64,000 nucleotides of DNA, from the NCBI GenBank assembly GCA_963728915.1, contig CAVSLV010000002.1:415655-479654 (forward strand), given 5' to 3'. Positions 28,444 through 37,217 of the stretch are shown here, in pieces. The notes beneath the pieces were generated by a model. That model searched no databases. It saw only the letters and a program-made list of their open reading frames with translations, and was not told the origin of the DNA. Both the position numbers and the translations under genes were made by a program. Source of the stretch: an uncultured Gemmatimonadales bacterium. Lineage in GTDB: Bacteria; Gemmatimonadota; Gemmatimonadetes; Gemmatimonadales; GWC2-71-9. Positions within the stretch are counted from its first letter, which is position 1. Each line of letters begins with the position of its first letter.

Positions 28444-30423
28444 ATGTTTCTGCTGACCGCGGCGCTGTTGCTCCTCGCGCCGGACTCGACCCGCGGGCTC
28501 ATGCCGGTCCCGGCCTCGGTTCACTGGGAATCGGGGCGGATGCGGCTCGACAGCATCGTAGGGGTCGGGGTGGAGGGGCAGACCGGCGATGGACGACTCA
28601 GCCGCGCGATTGGCCGCTTCATGCGGCGGGCGGAGCAGCAGACCGGCCTGATCGTACGCTACGGAGTGGGTGGCCTCGGGATCCGGGTGGCCAGCCCGGG
28701 CCAGGAGATCCAGTCCCCCACCGAGGACGAGAGCTACCGGCTCTCGATCACCCCCCGGGGTGCGCTGCTCGAAGCCCCCACGACCGTCGGCGCGCTCCGG
28801 GGCCTCGAAACCCTGCTCCAGCTCATCGATGCCGACTCGGCGGGTTGGTACCTCCCCGCGGTGCGGATCGAGGACCAGCCGCGGTTTCCCTGGCGTGGCC
28901 TCCTTATCGACGTTTCCCGCCACTGGGAGCCGGCGGAGACCATCAAGCGCCAGCTCGATGGGATGGCGGTGGTCAAGCTCAACGTGTTGCACTGGCATCT
29001 GTCGGAAGACCAGGGCTTCAGGGTCGAGAGCAAGCGTTATCCTCTGCTCCAGGAAAAGGGTTCCGACGGGCTGTACTACACCCAGGATCAGATTCGCGAG
29101 ATCGTTGCCTACGCGCGCGACCGCGGGATTCGAGTGGTTCCGGAGTTCGATGTTCCGGGCCATTCCACCTCCTGGTTCGTGGGATACCCCGAATACGCGA
29201 GCGCGCCCGGTCCCTACGCGATCGAGCGGCGCTTCGGGGTGTTCAAGCCGGCTTTCGATCCGACCCGGGAGGAGACCTACCGTTTTCTGGATGGATTCAT
29301 CGGGGAAATGGCCGGGCTCTTCCCGGATCCCTACTGGCATATCGGCGGCGACGAAGTCGAAGGCTCCCAGTGGCGCGAGAATCCGCGGATTCGAGCCTTC
29401 ATGCGGGAGCACAACCTGGCGGACAATGACGCGCTCCAGGCCTGGTTCAACCGGCGGCTCTCGGACATTCTGACTCGGCATGGCAAACGGATGGTGGGGT
29501 GGGACGAAATCTTCCATCCCGACCTTCCGACCACCACCGTGGTGCAGTCCTGGCGGGGCCAGGCTTCCCTGAGCCAGGGCGCCAAGCAGGGTTACTCCGG
29601 GATCCTGTCCGCGGGGTGGTACCTCGATCACATGGGGACCGCCGAGTATCACTACCTGGTGGATCCGGTGAGTGACGCGGCCAATCTCACCCCGGCGGAG
29701 GCGGAGCGGATCCTCGGGGGAGAGGCCTGCATGTGGGGGGAACACCTGTCCCCGGCCTCCATCGATTCGCGGATCTGGCCCCGCCTCGCCGCGATCGCCG
29801 AACGGCTCTGGTCTCCCCGGGACGTCCGTGACGTGGCGGACATGTACCGCCGGCTCAACCTGATGCGGGAACGGCTCGAGCTTGCCGGGTTAGGCAGCGA
29901 AAGCCACATCGCCCGGATGGCCCGGCGGCTGGCCAATGGCCAGGACCCTGCCGCCCTGGAGCGGCTGCTCCGCCTCACCGAGCCGGTGAGCTTCGGGGAA
30001 CGCGCTTCGTTGCAGAAGCTCACCCAGGAGATCCCGCTGGTTTTCCCGGTGGATGCGGCCCGTCCCGATCCGCGATCGCAATGGTACTACCGCGAGCTGG
30101 TCACCGAGTTCCTGGCCAACCCCGGCAACGGCGCCGCGGCCCGGCTCGATTCCGCGTTCGCGGCCTGGCGGCGGCTTCCAGACGAGTTGTCCCTGCTCCT
30201 GCCCCGGGCGCCCCTGGTCCGCGATGCATTGCCGGCGGCGCGGGCCCTGGCCCGGGTCGCGATCATCGGATCGGAAGCCCTGGAGCGAGAGAATGGACCG
30301 GAGCGTCCGGAATGGGCCAGGCAACGGCTCGCCCAGCTCGATACCCTGTTCCGTCCCCAAGGCCTCCTCCGGGTCTCGGTCATTCCGGCGGTCCGGCTCC
30401 TGGTGCAGGGCGGCTCGCGGTGA
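28444..30423 (+). CDS. GH20 beta-N-acetylhexosaminidase
   Basis: DVSRH, HWHLSEDQGFR and HIGGDE motifs. Confidence 0.95.
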   Translation: MFLLTAALLLLAPDSTRGLMPVPASVHWESGRMRLDSIVGVGVEGQTGDGRLSRAIGRFMRRAEQQTGLIVRYGVGGLGIRVASPGQEIQSPTEDESYRLSITPRGALLEAPTTVGALRGLETLLQLIDADSAGWYLPAVRIEDQPRFPWRGLLIDVSRHWEPAETIKRQLDGMAVVKLNVLHWHLSEDQGFRVESKRYPLLQEKGSDGLYYTQDQIREIVAYARDRGIRVVPEFDVPGHSTSWFVGYPEYASAPGPYAIERRFGVFKPAFDPTREETYRFLDGFIGEMAGLFPDPYWHIGGDEVEGSQWRENPRIRAFMREHNLADNDALQAWFNRRLSDILTRHGKRMVGWDEIFHPDLPTTTVVQSWRGQASLSQGAKQGYSGILSAGWYLDHMGTAEYHYLVDPVSDAANLTPAEAERILGGEACMWGEHLSPASIDSRIWPRLAAIAERLWSPRDVRDVADMYRRLNLMRERLELAGLGSESHIARMARRLANGQDPAALERLLRLTEPVSFGERASLQKLTQEIPLVFPVDAARPDPRSQWYYRELVTEFLANPGNGAAARLDSAFAAWRRLPDELSLLLPRAPLVRDALPAARALARVAIIGSEALERENGPERPEWARQRLAQLDTLFRPQGLLRVSVIPAVRLLVQGGSR

Positions 30424-30848
30424 CCCGTTACTTCGCCTACGGCGCCAACATGGACCCGGTGCACATGGCGAAGCAGTGTCCCGGCGCCAGACGCACCGGG
30501 CCGGCCCAGCTCCAGGACCATCGATTCGGCATTGCCGCGGGAGGGTTCGGGACCGCGGTTCCGGCGCCCGGTTCGACGGTGCGGGGCGTCCTCTGGATCC
30601 TAACCCGGGAGCACGAGGCGGCGCTCGACGTCTTCGAGGGCGTGGCCGACGCCTTCTACTACAAGAGCTCGCTGGAAGTCATTTCCCCGGAGGGCGAGCG
30701 AACCCCGGCCATGTTGTACCGCGCCTCGGATCCGCGCCCGGGCGTTCCCGCCCCGGGGTACCTCGAGCGGATCATCGAAGTGGCCGAATCGGAAGAATTC
30801 CCCCCGGCCTATCTCGCGGAGCTTCGCGCCCTTCTCGCCCCTCGCTAG
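30420..30848 (+). CDS. Gamma-glutamylcyclotransferase family protein
   Basis: YFAYGAN and LDVFEG motifs. Confidence 0.88.
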   Translation: MTRYFAYGANMDPVHMAKQCPGARRTGPAQLQDHRFGIAAGGFGTAVPAPGSTVRGVLWILTREHEAALDVFEGVADAFYYKSSLEVISPEGERTPAMLYRASDPRPGVPAPGYLERIIEVAESEEFPPAYLAELRALLAPR

Positions 30849-30857
30849 GTTTCATCG

Positions 30858-31478
30858 ATGCAGCGTCGCTGGTCGATTTTCGCACTCTTCTTTGTCGTCG
30901 CCAGACTCTCCGGTCAAACCGCTCCTCCAGCTTCGCCGGCCGATCCGCCGGGCCGGATCACCCGGATCGGTGTCGCGCGGGCCCAGGCCGTGGTGGATTC
31001 GGTATTCCTCGATCGGGTGATGCCCGAGGGGATCATCGAAGGGGGCGATTGGGTTTCCTACCTCATGGCCCGACTGGGGGTCGAGCCGATTCCCGAAAAC
31101 ACCGAAATCCGGGTGAAGGTCGACAGCACCCAGGTTGAGTTTTCCGGCCGGCTGCAGGACCTCCCGGCCGAAACCCGGGCCATGCTTGGCCCGCTTTCCG
31201 CCCTGGTAGATTCGAACACCGTGCTCACCGCGGAGATCGTCCAGCTCCCCGCCGCGAAAGGGGTCGCCCACTTTCAGCTCAAGCGGGTTCTGGTGGGAGG
31301 ATTCCCGATTCCGGAAACGGTGATGCGATACATGCTGTTCGATGTGGGGGAGCGGTACCCCGCGCTCACCAAGAGTGGGCGGGACCTGTTCATCGAGATT
31401 CCCCCGGATGGCCGGGTCGGCCTCATTCCCGGCGCGATCCGGATTCGCATCGTCCCCACGGAGCCACCCAATCCATGA
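30858..31478 (+). CDS. Hypothetical exported protein
   Basis: Signal peptide; ATGA coupling to the next gene. Confidence 0.75.
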   Translation: MQRRWSIFALFFVVARLSGQTAPPASPADPPGRITRIGVARAQAVVDSVFLDRVMPEGIIEGGDWVSYLMARLGVEPIPENTEIRVKVDSTQVEFSGRLQDLPAETRAMLGPLSALVDSNTVLTAEIVQLPAAKGVAHFQLKRVLVGGFPIPETVMRYMLFDVGERYPALTKSGRDLFIEIPPDGRVGLIPGAIRIRIVPTEPPNP

Positions 31479-32005
31479 ACGATTTGCGCTATCCGGTCGG
31501 GAAGTTCGTCGTCGCGGGGGAGATCGATCCCGAGCGCCGGGAGCAGTGGATCACCGAGATCAGCGAGGCGCCGGCCCGGATGCGGGCCGCGGTGCACGGG
31601 CTCACCGAGCAGCAGTTCGACACCCCCTACCGGGACGGCGGGTGGACGGTCCGGCAGGTGGTGCACCATGTGCCCGACAGCCACTTGAACGCGTACATCC
31701 GCTTCAAGCTCGCCCTCACCGAGGACAATCCCACCATCAAACCCTACGAGGAAGCGCGCTGGGCCGAGCTGATCGACACCCGCAATACCACGATCGGCGT
31801 CTCGCTCATGATGCTCGATGCGCTGCATCGCCGGTGGGCGGTTTTGATGCGGGGCATGGAGGAAGACGACTGGAGCCGGACCTTCTTCCATCCTGAGCAA
31901 CAGAAGGCCTTGCGTCTGGATCGGACTCTCGCGATGTACGCCTGGCACGGTCGGCACCATGTGGCGCACATCACGTCGCTGCGCGAGCGAGAGGGCTGGC
32001 GCTAG
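31475..32005 (+). CDS. bstA: YfiT/BstA bacillithiol transferase
   Basis: DLRYPVG, TPYRDGGWTVRQVVHHVPDSH and YAWHGRHHVAHI motifs. Confidence 0.9.
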   Translation: MNDLRYPVGKFVVAGEIDPERREQWITEISEAPARMRAAVHGLTEQQFDTPYRDGGWTVRQVVHHVPDSHLNAYIRFKLALTEDNPTIKPYEEARWAELIDTRNTTIGVSLMMLDALHRRWAVLMRGMEEDDWSRTFFHPEQQKALRLDRTLAMYAWHGRHHVAHITSLREREGWR

Positions 32006-32272
32006 CTCTTCCGGCGCCCGGCTTGCCGGGTGTCAACTTCTCGACTCTCCCTGACCTTCCCTCCCGCAACCCGTTTCCCCGCCGAGGGAAAGGTGTTGTG
32101 CCTCGCCAGGTGGCCAGCTCGTCTCCTTATCCAAGCATATCATTATCGGACAGCTGCGAGAGCGTGCACTCATGGCTATGATCGGCTAAGTGGTGTTTGG
32201 ATCAGGAATTGCACCATCTATTAATGATTGCAGTTTGTGCGTTCAAGGCGTTCAAAATCAGAACGGTGTCAC

Positions 32273-33580
32273 ATGGGGCAATTGCTGGTCAACAACCCTC
32301 CATCCAACGACGGCGAAGCGCTGCGCCGCGAGCTCGATCGCACCGCGACCGAGCTCCGCGAGCAGATGGTCGAGCTGGATGCGCTGCGCCGCGCCCGCGC
32401 CGCCGCCGAGTCGGCGAACATGGTGCGGGGCGAGATTCTCTCGATGGTGGTTCGCTCCATGCGTACCCCGGCCGACGCGTTGCTCGGCCTCGCGGGGATG
32501 CTCAAGACCGGAGCACTGCTCCCGACCCAGCGCGCCTACGTCGAAGCATTGCATGAAGCTTCGGAGTCGCTCCGCGGGATTCTCAATCAGGTCTCCGACT
32601 TTTCCCGGCTGGAGAGCGGAACCCTGCCTCTCGAGCCCATTCCGTTCGATCTCGGTCTCATGATCGAGGACCTGGGTCACGCGCTCGCGAAGCGCGCCCA
32701 GGCCAAGGGGCTTTCCCTTCGGATCCACCATGCCGGGCCGCGCCGCGTGGTCGGCGACCCCGGGCGGGTTCGCCAGATCGTCGCGGCGATCGTCGAGTAC
32801 GGACTCCGCCGGCTGGAGCGCGGCACCCTCGCCATCGAGACCGATTCATCCGCGTTCGCGGTCGCCGGGGGCGGGGTCCAGATCCGGATCCAGGACAGCG
32901 GTCCCCCGATTTCGGAGGACTTCCTGCCCAGCCTCTTCGAGCCGTTCGGCCGGGGTGACGTGATGACCTCGGCGGAGGACGGGCTGGGTCTCACCATCGC
33001 GCGCCAGCTTGCCCGGCTCATGGGCGGCGAGCTTTCGGTGGACAACCTGCCCGGGTCGGGAACCCGGTTCCTGCTCCGCGCTCCCTTGCCCACGCTGGAT
33101 CTTCGGCGCGCCGCGACCAACGGCGGGGCGGAGGCGGTCCAGACCAGTGCGCTTCCCGGCACCTCGCTGGTGGTCGAACGCGATTCGGCCTTCCGAAGCT
33201 CGTGGTCGGCCGTCGCGGAGGCGGCGGGTTACCGGGCCATCGGGCTCGAGAGCCGCGCCGAGGCACTCGCTGAACTGGGGCTTCGCAGCGGCGGCGTCGA
33301 CGTGGTGGTGTTCAGCGATCACGACGCCGAAGGGTACGACGAGGTGGGCCGGAGCATCCAGCGGAGCGGGCCGGGCAGCCCCGCCCTGATCATGCTCCTC
33401 GCCGCGGGTTATCCGGGCGACGCGAAGCGGCTCATGGAGGCGGGCTTCCGCGGCTATCTCGTCAAACCGGTGGCGCCATCCGATCTCCGGGAAGCGCTGG
33501 AGATCCTGCGCCGCACGCCCCGTGCGAAATGGGACGAGTTGTTCATCACCAGGCATTCCCTGGCGGAGAGCCGCCAGTAG
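32273..33580 (+). CDS. Degenerate hybrid histidine kinase-like protein (HisKA-HATPase-REC)
   Basis: RTP, DFSRLESG, GDPGRVRQ, GLGLTIARQL and YLVKPV motifs; catalytic His absent. Confidence 0.8.
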   Translation: MGQLLVNNPPSNDGEALRRELDRTATELREQMVELDALRRARAAAESANMVRGEILSMVVRSMRTPADALLGLAGMLKTGALLPTQRAYVEALHEASESLRGILNQVSDFSRLESGTLPLEPIPFDLGLMIEDLGHALAKRAQAKGLSLRIHHAGPRRVVGDPGRVRQIVAAIVEYGLRRLERGTLAIETDSSAFAVAGGGVQIRIQDSGPPISEDFLPSLFEPFGRGDVMTSAEDGLGLTIARQLARLMGGELSVDNLPGSGTRFLLRAPLPTLDLRRAATNGGAEAVQTSALPGTSLVVERDSAFRSSWSAVAEAAGYRAIGLESRAEALAELGLRSGGVDVVVFSDHDAEGYDEVGRSIQRSGPGSPALIMLLAAGYPGDAKRLMEAGFRGYLVKPVAPSDLREALEILRRTPRAKWDELFITRHSLAESRQ

Positions 33581-33591
33581 TATTTTCCGCG

Positions 33592-33984
33592 ATGCCCCTG
33601 CGGCACGTGGTGCTTCTCGAAGCGACGCCTTCCCGCCCCGAGCTCCGTGAGGAACTCGACCGGCTCCATCATTCGCTGACCGCGCAGGGTATCCGGGTCG
33701 TGCCGGACGACGGTGACGGCCTCATCGCCTTGCCCTACGCCGTGACCAGCCTCGGACCGGTATTCCAGCAGCTCGACGACAACGATCGCCCCTGCGGGCT
33801 CCTCGATACGGGAAGCTTCTACAGCGGGCTGCTCCGGACTGCCTCGGATCTCGAGATGGATCGTTTCGTGCGGGAGCGCCAGCGGGGGCGCCTGGTGATC
33901 GACCGCGATCCGGCCGCCCTGGTCCGAGCGCTGGTGGAATACCTGCCTCCGGAGACCCGCCGACAGGCCGGAGCGTTCGGGTGA
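33592..33984 (+). CDS. Short LOG-family-like protein (C-terminal part only)
   Basis: RPCGLLDTGSFYSGLL resembles the LOG C-terminus. Confidence 0.6.
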   Translation: MPLRHVVLLEATPSRPELREELDRLHHSLTAQGIRVVPDDGDGLIALPYAVTSLGPVFQQLDDNDRPCGLLDTGSFYSGLLRTASDLEMDRFVRERQRGRLVIDRDPAALVRALVEYLPPETRRQAGAFG

Positions 33985-34556
33985 GCCTCTTCGAGATCGT
34001 TGCGGCGGCGCTCGGCGTCATCAGCGTGTTCTTCAGCACCCGGCAGAATGTGCTGGCGTGGCCGACCTCGCTCGCGAACAACATCATGTACTTCGTGTTT
34101 TTCCTGAATCAGCGGCTCTTCGCGCTGATGGCGCTTCAGGCCTTCTTCGGCCTCATCGCGATCTACGGCTGGTACAAGTGGCTGTTCGGGGGGGTCGCCC
34201 GGACTCCGCTCCGGGTGACCCGGACCCCGCGGGCCCTCGCCGTGGCGTTGACCGTGCTCGCCGCCGTGGGCACGTTCGCGATCTGGTATGCGCTGCGAGC
34301 CTGGACCTCGGACACCGATCCGCTGATCGATGCGTTCTTCTTCGCGGTGAGCCTGATCGCGCAGTGGATGATGGCGCGGAAGTACTTCGAGTGCTGGCCG
34401 GTCTGGGTGGCGATCAACTGCGTCTCGGTGCCGTTCTTCCTGATTCGGGGCAATTACGCCACCATGGCCCAGTACGCGGTGTTCCTGGTGCTCGCGATCA
34501 TGGGAACCCGGAACTGGTGGGTCTCCCTGACCCAGGCCGATTCGGCTCCCGCCTGA
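33981..34556 (+). CDS. pnuC: PnuC-family transporter
   Basis: RQNVLAWP, YGWYKW and AQWMMARKYFECW motifs. Confidence 0.88.
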   Translation: MSLFEIVAAALGVISVFFSTRQNVLAWPTSLANNIMYFVFFLNQRLFALMALQAFFGLIAIYGWYKWLFGGVARTPLRVTRTPRALAVALTVLAAVGTFAIWYALRAWTSDTDPLIDAFFFAVSLIAQWMMARKYFECWPVWVAINCVSVPFFLIRGNYATMAQYAVFLVLAIMGTRNWWVSLTQADSAPA

Positions 34557-34559
34557 TCC

Positions 34560-35906
34560 TCAGCGGGGCTGTCGCCCCCGCCAGTAGAAGAAGACCGGCA
34601 GGCCCAGCAGCAAGAGTCCCGCGCCGCGAATCGCATTGCCGGGATTCGAGGTAATCGATCCCACGACGACATAACCCGCGGCCAGCAGGAACAGCCAGAG
34701 GGTCACGGGGTAGCCCGGGAGCCGGAACCCCCTGCCGGCGGCGCCCGGCGCCGGCGCGCCGGCATCGCGGCGGCGAAAGACGATCAGGGTCGCGGCGATC
34801 AGCCCGAAGAAGATCCAGTCGGCAAAGGTGACATAATCCAGCAGCTGACCGTAGGTGCGGGTCGCGATCAGCAGGCTGGCCCAGAGACCCTGGGCCACGA
34901 TGGCGACCGCGGGCGTCCGGAACCGGGGATGGAGCCCCGCGAAGGAACGGAAGAACAGGCCGTCCGCCGCCATCGCCTGGTAGACCCGGGGGGACACCAT
35001 GATCACCAGGTCGAGGAACCCGAAGGTCGAGATCAGGATCCCGATACTGATCATGGTTCGGCCCCCGCCGCCCAGCGCCACGCTCATCGTATCGGCGGCC
35101 GGGGCCGTCGTCGCGGCCAGGCGATCCACGCCGAGGACCCGGAGGTAGGCCAGGTTCGCGAGCAGGTAGACGGTGACCACCCCTAACACGCCCAGCACGA
35201 GGGCCCGGGGCAGATTGCGCTCCGGCTCGATCAGCTCTTCCGCGATGAAATTGGTCTGCTGCCAGCCGCCGTAGGAAAAGAGCACCGGGACGAACGCGGC
35301 CGCGAGCGCCAGGGTCACCGGGCCGAACCCGTGCGGCGGAGCGAGCGCCGCCTGGGGAAAGCGGGCGAGCTCCGAATCGGGGACCGGAAGGAGCAATCCG
35401 CCCAGGATCAACCCCGCGAGCGCGACCAGCTTGAGCAGAGTGAGGACGTTCTGGGTCCAGGCCGCCGGCTGGACGCCGAGGTAGTTGATCCCGGACAGCA
35501 GGAGGATCGCGAGCACCGCCACCCAGGGCAGCACCGCCGGGGGCAGCCCGAACAGGGCCCCGGCGTAGCTCGCGAACGTGAACGCCACCGCCGCGATGGC
35601 GCCGGTGGCAATCATGAGCAGCAGGGCCCAGGCATAGAGGAACGCTGGCAGGGGACCGAACGCCTCGCGCAGGTAGGCGTATCCTCCGCCCACCCTGGGA
35701 AGCCGGGCCGCCAGCTCCCCGAAGATGAAGGCGCCCAGGAGCGCCACCACCCCGCCCAGGATCCAGGCGAGCAGCGTGAGCGGCGCGGTGGCCACCCTCC
35801 CGGCCACCACTGCGGGATTCAGGAAGATCCCCGACCCGATGATGCCACCGATAACGGCCATGGTGCCGGAAAAGAGGCCGAGTTTGCGGGCGTAGCTTGG
35901 TGGCAT
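34560..35906 (-). CDS. APC family amino acid permease
   Basis: IIGSGIF, GGGYAYL and FSYGGW motifs. Confidence 0.93.
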   Translation of the reverse strand: MPPSYARKLGLFSGTMAVIGGIIGSGIFLNPAVVAGRVATAPLTLLAWILGGVVALLGAFIFGELAARLPRVGGGYAYLREAFGPLPAFLYAWALLLMIATGAIAAVAFTFASYAGALFGLPPAVLPWVAVLAILLLSGINYLGVQPAAWTQNVLTLLKLVALAGLILGGLLLPVPDSELARFPQAALAPPHGFGPVTLALAAAFVPVLFSYGGWQQTNFIAEELIEPERNLPRALVLGVLGVVTVYLLANLAYLRVLGVDRLAATTAPAADTMSVALGGGGRTMISIGILISTFGFLDLVIMVSPRVYQAMAADGLFFRSFAGLHPRFRTPAVAIVAQGLWASLLIATRTYGQLLDYVTFADWIFFGLIAATLIVFRRRDAGAPAPGAAGRGFRLPGYPVTLWLFLLAAGYVVVGSITSNPGNAIRGAGLLLLGLPVFFYWRGRQPR

Positions 35907-35964
35907 GCGGGCGGGTGTCAGGGGTTAGGTGCCACCACCTCTCCGAGCGCTATTATACGCCATT

Positions 35965-36201
35965 ATGGGCTTCCGCACATTCGTGGACCGGGACGGCCAC
36001 AAATGGGAGATCCGGCCCGCCACTCGGGATCGCTGGGAGCTTGCACCGGTGGATGACAATCCCGGACCCGCCCGATCGGTTCCGCCGCCGGGTTACGAGC
36101 CCGACCCGTATGAGCTGAGCAAGGAAGAGCTGCAGCGGCTGCTCGATCAGAGTAGTGTCCATCGGCCCCGCGACGTGAAGAACCCCTTCGGAGATTCCTG
36201 A
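35965..36201 (+). CDS. Small hypothetical protein
   Basis: MGFRTFVDRDGHKWEI; TATTAT upstream. Confidence 0.65.
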   Translation: MGFRTFVDRDGHKWEIRPATRDRWELAPVDDNPGPARSVPPPGYEPDPYELSKEELQRLLDQSSVHRPRDVKNPFGDS

Positions 36202-36203
36202 AC

Positions 36204-37208
36204 GTGCATCGGATCGTGATTCTGCTGCTTGGCGCCATTCCCTGTGCGCTCTCCGCACAGCAACCCGGGGTGCACCAGCTTCCGGCCACCCCCGAGACCG
36301 TAGCGTGGGGCTATTACTGGTCCGAGGCAAAGCCAGTGCTGCGGATTCCCTCGGGAGACATCATCGAGGTGGAGACGCTCCTCACCTCGACCCCACCGAG
36401 GCTCGAAGCCGCCGGCGTTCCCCCCGGCAAGGTCGAGAAGTCGCTCCGCGCCATCGCCGAGAAGGTGACCGACAAGGGCCCCGGCGGGCACATCCTGACC
36501 GGGCCGGTCTACGTCGAAGGCGCCGAACCGGGGGACGTGCTGGAGGTGAAGATCCTCTCGATCGGGTACGCCATCGATTACGGCTACAACGGATGCAGCG
36601 GGTTCCTGCGCGAGCTGTGCGCCGACCCGCGCACTCGCATCATCCAGCTCGATACGGTGCGCAGGATCGCGGACCTGGGCAACGGCATCCGGATTCCCCT
36701 CAAGCCATTCTTCGGGAGCATGGGCGTCGCTCCCCCTCAGGACTCGGGACGGGTGAGCAGCAATCCCCCAGGAATGCACGCCGGAAACCTCGACAACAAG
36801 GAGCTGGTGGCGGGGACCACCCTCTACATCCCGGTGCAGGTGCCCGGGGCGCTGTTCGAAATCGGGGACGGCCACGCGGCCCAGGGCGACGGGGAGGTGG
36901 ACCAGACCGCCATCGAGACCTCGCTCCGGGGTCGCCTCCAGCTTCGGGTTCGCAAGGACATGAAACTCACCTGGCCCAGGGCGGAAACCCCGACCCACTG
37001 GATCACCATGGGAACCGACACGAGCCTCACCGTGGCCACCCGGATCGCGATTCAGGAGATGGTGAAGTTTCTCCAGGAGACGAAGTCGCTCTCCCAGGTG
37101 GAAGCCTACCGGCTGGCGAGCATCGCCGCGGACCTCCGGATCACCGAGCTGGTCGACGGCAAGGTGGGGGTGCACATGATGATTCCGAAGGCCGTTCTCG
37201 GGCGGTAG
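36204..37208 (+). CDS. Exported acetamidase/formamidase family protein
   Basis: HILTGPVYVEGAEPGD, GNLDN and GDGHAAQGDGEV motifs. Confidence 0.92.
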   Translation: MHRIVILLLGAIPCALSAQQPGVHQLPATPETVAWGYYWSEAKPVLRIPSGDIIEVETLLTSTPPRLEAAGVPPGKVEKSLRAIAEKVTDKGPGGHILTGPVYVEGAEPGDVLEVKILSIGYAIDYGYNGCSGFLRELCADPRTRIIQLDTVRRIADLGNGIRIPLKPFFGSMGVAPPQDSGRVSSNPPGMHAGNLDNKELVAGTTLYIPVQVPGALFEIGDGHAAQGDGEVDQTAIETSLRGRLQLRVRKDMKLTWPRAETPTHWITMGTDTSLTVATRIAIQEMVKFLQETKSLSQVEAYRLASIAADLRITELVDGKVGVHMMIPKAVLGR

Positions 37209-37217
37209 ATTTCCATC

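Noticed and set aside
35916..35937. Other TGTCA hexamers (near 32031, 35916, 48693) as PafBC-type sites
   Set aside because: None has a (T/C)ANNNT hexamer at the 10-nt spacing.
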